A DNA stretch of 47,264 nt from Candidatus Binatia bacterium (GTDB taxonomy: Bacteria > Desulfobacterota > Binatia > Bin18): contig CAXXHG010000029.1 in assembly GCA_963666315.2 (NCBI GenBank), forward strand, positions 1 to 47,264, in the 5' to 3' direction. The stretch's first letter is position 1. The number at the start of each line of letters is the position of its first letter. Made by a program: the position numbers and the translations under genes. This document shows, piece by piece, positions 43,803 to 47,264 of this stretch. The notes under the pieces are model-generated. The model made no database searches. It had not been told where the DNA came from and worked only from the letters and a program-made list of their open reading frames with translations.

Positions 43803-44390
43803 TCATGTCGTCCTGATCCTGACTCTGACCGATGGCTCGTAGCCTGGCAGGACCGGATAAAACTGGACGAAAACATTGTCATCCGCCGCATGTTGGACGT
43901 GGCAGGCGTAACACTTTTCCTTAGCAAAGACCTCCGAGGCCTTTTGACCACGCTGAAAATCAAAATACGCCCACCCCTCACCAAATTGGTCGTGATCTTT
44001 GACCGCAACTTCCAGCGCTATTTTTTCACCTTCAAAATGTCCACCCTTATTAATGGAAGCTTCGCTTACCGGCTCGAACACGGCCAAGGCCAGCATGGTC
44101 TTTTCCGGGAAGGTGCCCGTTGCCACATATTGGGCGTACGCAGCGGGGGCGAGGTAGACGTTCCCAAACTTGCCAAGTTCGTCCGCCGTCTCTGACGGCT
44201 CCTCATACGTCATACCAAGGGATGCCCCGACAAAGACCCAGGTCTGGTAGTCCCTCGCGCGAAGAAGTTTGCCCTCGTTCGTCAATTGCGGCCCGGCCTG
44301 TACAGCCGGCGCTTGTTCGTCCACTTGACTGAGACGTAGGCCCACGAGCATAAAAACGCCAACTCCTACCAGCATCCAGAGTCTTCGCAC
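43803..44390 (-). CDS. Cytochrome P460/c'-beta family periplasmic c-type cytochrome
   Basis: N-terminal signal/TM; YQTWVFVG, FGNVY, GTFPEKTML, VAVKD, GWAYFDF, C-terminal CYACH, VFVQFYPVL. Confidence 0.85.
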   Translation of the reverse strand: MRRLWMLVGVGVFMLVGLRLSQVDEQAPAVQAGPQLTNEGKLLRARDYQTWVFVGASLGMTYEEPSETADELGKFGNVYLAPAAYAQYVATGTFPEKTMLALAVFEPVSEASINKGGHFEGEKIALEVAVKDHDQFGEGWAYFDFQRGQKASEVFAKEKCYACHVQHAADDNVFVQFYPVLPGYEPSVRVRIRTT

Positions 44391-44590
44391 GTTTCTCTCC
44401 TCAGAAATTCGAGATAGCTATTCCACGCCGTAGCAATGATAGTCCACAAGCACAGAAACAGATATACGCAGAATCCAAGAACACATCCTGCCGTGCGCCC
44501 TGGAGAAATAATCAGGAAGAAAATTGGTGCAGTCAAGTTGTCGCAGAAAACGCAAACAGTGGACAATGCAACGTAGGCGGAAGAAAGTCT

Positions 44591-44749
44591 TCAGCTTTGT
44601 GTCGACAAATACGTCTCAGCCACGGTGCTCCAGTACTGGACGCCTATCGGCATGACCTCGTCATTGAAATGATAGTATGGATTGTGAAGATGACAGGGGT
44701 GCCCATCCTTACCCGCCCCTCCATTGCCGATGAGTACGTAGCAGCCGGG
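44591..44749 (-). pseudogene. 3' end of an M20D amidohydrolase (hippuricase-like)
   Basis: Frame not in the ORF track: PGCYVLIGNGG...HLHNPYYHFNDEVMPIGVQYWSTVAETYL. Confidence 0.75.
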
Positions 44750-44751
44750 AC

Positions 44752-44871
44752 CTTCAGCGCGTCTAGTTGTTCATCGTTTAATTCAAACTCCAGCTTCAGC
44801 GCACGATAGGTCATCCGCCCAGACTCTTGGAGCAGCGTAATCGTTTCTTTGACGATTTCCGAGAACTTCAC
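44752..44871 (-). pseudogene. 5' stub resembling the N-terminal domain of adenylate/guanylate cyclase-AAA-TPR proteins
   Basis: MKFSEIVKETITLLQESGRMTYRALKLEFELNDEQLDALK; family recalled from the YRALK..F.L motif. Confidence 0.55.
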
Positions 44872-44995
44872 GGACGGGACTCCCCTGCTGAACCTGCAGA
44901 GATAAGAGCAGGAAATGCGGTGAGGGACAAGTCAGCGCAGAGATAATTTCGGCGTGTTGCCCATGCGCCCGCTGGTCCAACAGCAGATCTCTTGA

Positions 44996-45505
44996 TTACA
45001 ATTGGATGGACTTATTCTTATGGCCCGCCCACTTCGGCAGATCATCGGTCATATCCATAACCCGCATCCCGTAGAAAATATGACACGTGGGTTTGAAGCT
45101 CGGTGGAACCTGGGGCGGGTGCCCAAAATCAAACAGGGCGGGAAACGCCAGCCACATCGTGCGGCCTTCATCCGCAATCAGCGTTCCACACACGGCACAG
45201 CTGACTTTGCACGGCAAAATGCGCTCATGCTGATGAAGCGCGCCATTGTAGAAACGGAGCTGAGCGAGGCCTTGCGTGATGCGAACGTGGCGTTTGTGAA
45301 AGATGGCCGCCCACTGCATGGGCGCGCCGTGCAGCTTCTGGCAGACCACACAGTGACATATTTTCGCGTCAACCGGATCTGAGCCTACTTCGTATTGGAC
45401 GGCCTGACAGTGGCACCTGGCGTGGTATTTTGCCGTAAACGTCTCATCTCCAATCGACGCAAATGCTTCTCCAAATTCTTTTTGCATAAGGACGCCCTCA
45501 CTCAC
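44996..45505 (-). CDS. GFA/CENP-V family protein
   Basis: CHCQAV, CHCVVCQKLHGAP, CAVCGT, PTCHIFY. Confidence 0.9.
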   Translation of the reverse strand: MSEGVLMQKEFGEAFASIGDETFTAKYHARCHCQAVQYEVGSDPVDAKICHCVVCQKLHGAPMQWAAIFHKRHVRITQGLAQLRFYNGALHQHERILPCKVSCAVCGTLIADEGRTMWLAFPALFDFGHPPQVPPSFKPTCHIFYGMRVMDMTDDLPKWAGHKNKSIQL

Positions 45506-45580
45506 CCCTCACACTAGGAGAATTTTGCACCCGACCTCAATCACTTGACAGCGTGGCCCGTCCGGCTCTGCGGGCTCCCG

Positions 45581-46594
45581 CTACTCCCCCGTAGGGGGGG
45601 TCAAGGTGGCCTCGGCCAGGCACACGAGCGAGCCCAATTGATTGGTGCCGCGCACGGTACAGCCGACCTGATGGTGATCTCCCCTGGCCTGTGCCGGCGT
45701 CACCTCGCCCTGCAGGGTCACCACATGTCCGGCCCGAAACGGCTCGATGACGCGCATGAGCAAGCGGCCGCCGGAGTAAAACGCGGACAGCGGAAACGAT
45801 AGGGTGAGCATCTGCTCCACGTAGGACAGAGTGGCTGGCCCAGCATTGACGGCCCCACCAAAAATGTTTTGGCGTGCAAACGCCTCATCCGTATGGATAT
45901 TGCTCGTCATGAGCCGGCCCGCCAACTGGACATTATTATAGCCCAGAATCGTGTCCTGGCTCTCCGTGACCTGGAGCGCCGGCAGCGGGGTGCCCACCGT
46001 GGCATGCTCGGCCGTCAGCACGCGATGCGCTTGGGCCACGGGGTGCCCAGGCTTGACCGTAGCTCCCCCCGTCTCGGACCCAGCCGAGGCGGGCGCGGTC
46101 TTCTGCCCCTGGGCATAGGCGAAGATGCACGTGTAATCGTATTCTGCGACCATGATCCCGCGCTGGCTGACCGCCTCCACGTGAAAGGTCACAAACTTGC
46201 TGCCACGTCGTTCATACTTGTCCAGGATCCGACGTGTGGCGGTGATGCAATCGCCGACCACGACCGGCACATGCCACCGAATGTCGCACTTGGCAAACGG
46301 CGTCTGGCGGCGCGCGGTCTTGGAGTCTTCGAGCGCCACAAAACCGTTGTTCGCCGCCAGGTCGTAGCGGAGCAGTGGCGCGTAGGCCAACACCATGCTG
46401 GGCATGGCCAGGACTTCGGCTGAGTGTGTCGCATCGTTTTTCTGATCCAGTTCCGACCCACGAACATATTGGGTGGCACATACGAACGCGTGCAGCGTGT
46501 CCAGGGTGATGGTGACCGTGGTCTCGGTTCCGGTCTGACCGATGGCCACTGCGTCATAGTCCCACAGCTTCTCGTGCTCGTTTGGCAGGCGCAC
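45581..46594 (-). CDS. Tandem MaoC/hotdog-fold dehydratase-like protein
   Basis: PVVVGD, DKYERRGSKFV, NIHTDEAFAR...FGG, PFRAG. Confidence 0.8.
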   Translation of the reverse strand: MRLPNEHEKLWDYDAVAIGQTGTETTVTITLDTLHAFVCATQYVRGSELDQKNDATHSAEVLAMPSMVLAYAPLLRYDLAANNGFVALEDSKTARRQTPFAKCDIRWHVPVVVGDCITATRRILDKYERRGSKFVTFHVEAVSQRGIMVAEYDYTCIFAYAQGQKTAPASAGSETGGATVKPGHPVAQAHRVLTAEHATVGTPLPALQVTESQDTILGYNNVQLAGRLMTSNIHTDEAFARQNIFGGAVNAGPATLSYVEQMLTLSFPLSAFYSGGRLLMRVIEPFRAGHVVTLQGEVTPAQARGDHHQVGCTVRGTNQLGSLVCLAEATLTPPTGE

Positions 46595-46846
46595 CTCCCC
46601 ATCGTTGCTCGTCCGTCCGGTGCTCCAGCCTACGGGAGACTGCTCCCGGGTGCAATTTGCGGTTTTGTCACCAAATTATTGAGGTGATGTTGTCACGTTA
46701 TCACGGACCGGTCGAGCTTCCACACTGGCGAAGGAACAATGGACATTTAACGTATCAGCCATAGCAGCGGTTCATTGCTGCGCCCACGAATTCATGCCAT
46801 GATCCGATCAGTCTCAGCACTGGTGGCGGAGAATGTGTCAAAAGCA

Positions 46847-47264
46847 ATGAGCGTATCAGACGAATCGCAATCCAAGCGTGCCCGCCGCATCCAGATTACG
46901 TTCACGGACGAGCAGGAACAGTTCCGTACGACGATTCGGCGTTTTATGACTGAGAAATCGCCTCCGACCGAAGTCCGACGCCTGATGGACACAGCCGAAG
47001 GGTACGATCCCGAGATCTGGCGCCAGCTCAGCGACCAACTCGGGCTGCCCGGGATCCACATCCCGGAGCAATACGGCGGTGCGGGGTTCGGCATGGTCGA
47101 GCTCGGCATCGTGATGGAGGAGATGGGCCGGGCGCTGCTGTGCGCCCCGTATTTCTCCACTGCGGTGCTCGCCGCGAACGCGCTATTGAACGCCGGCACC
47201 AAAGCCCAGAAAGCTCGTCTCCTACCCGATCTGGCAAGCGGCGCGCGGCTCGCCGCACTGGCCG
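46847..47264 (+). CDS. Acyl-CoA dehydrogenase family protein (5' part; runs off the window)
   Basis: FTDEQEQFRTTIRRF, LGLPGIHIPEQYGGAG, VMEEMGRAL, QKARLLPDLASG. Confidence 0.9.
   Translation, partial: MSVSDESQSKRARRIQITFTDEQEQFRTTIRRFMTEKSPPTEVRRLMDTAEGYDPEIWRQLSDQLGLPGIHIPEQYGGAGFGMVELGIVMEEMGRALLCAPYFSTAVLAANALLNAGTKAQKARLLPDLASGARLAALA

Overview
Bacterial chromosomal window, GC-rich overall. The 16S sequence and gene repertoire suggest a deltaproteobacterial lineage such as Ca. Binatia (inference, not tested). Housekeeping content: ilvB, lrp, gltBD, nuoFG, rsmA, tsaD, a class A PBP, cysK, larE, tldD/pmbA, a DnaQ-UvrC-like fusion, and a minus-strand rRNA operon (16S, tRNA-Ile, tRNA-Ala, 23S) with no linked 5S. 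The ORF track misses two probable selenoproteins about 2 kb apart: a UGFC glutaredoxin and a UPVC PrdB/GrdB-family protein. Each has an in-frame TGA at the catalytic Cys position followed by a SECIS-like hairpin. A three-gene cluster at 36.4-39.5 kb encodes an atypical PEP-mutase-like/nucleotidyltransferase fusion (EDNIFPKRCS rather than EDK-X5-NS), a QW-repeat prenyltransferase/cyclase-fold protein and a Rieske ferredoxin; this is the best candidate for an undescribed pathway. An MNT-HEPN toxin-antitoxin pair follows an xth stub. The 41-45 kb region is a mosaic of truncated genes around an IS30 remnant. Many +1 frameshifts look like long-read assembly errors.
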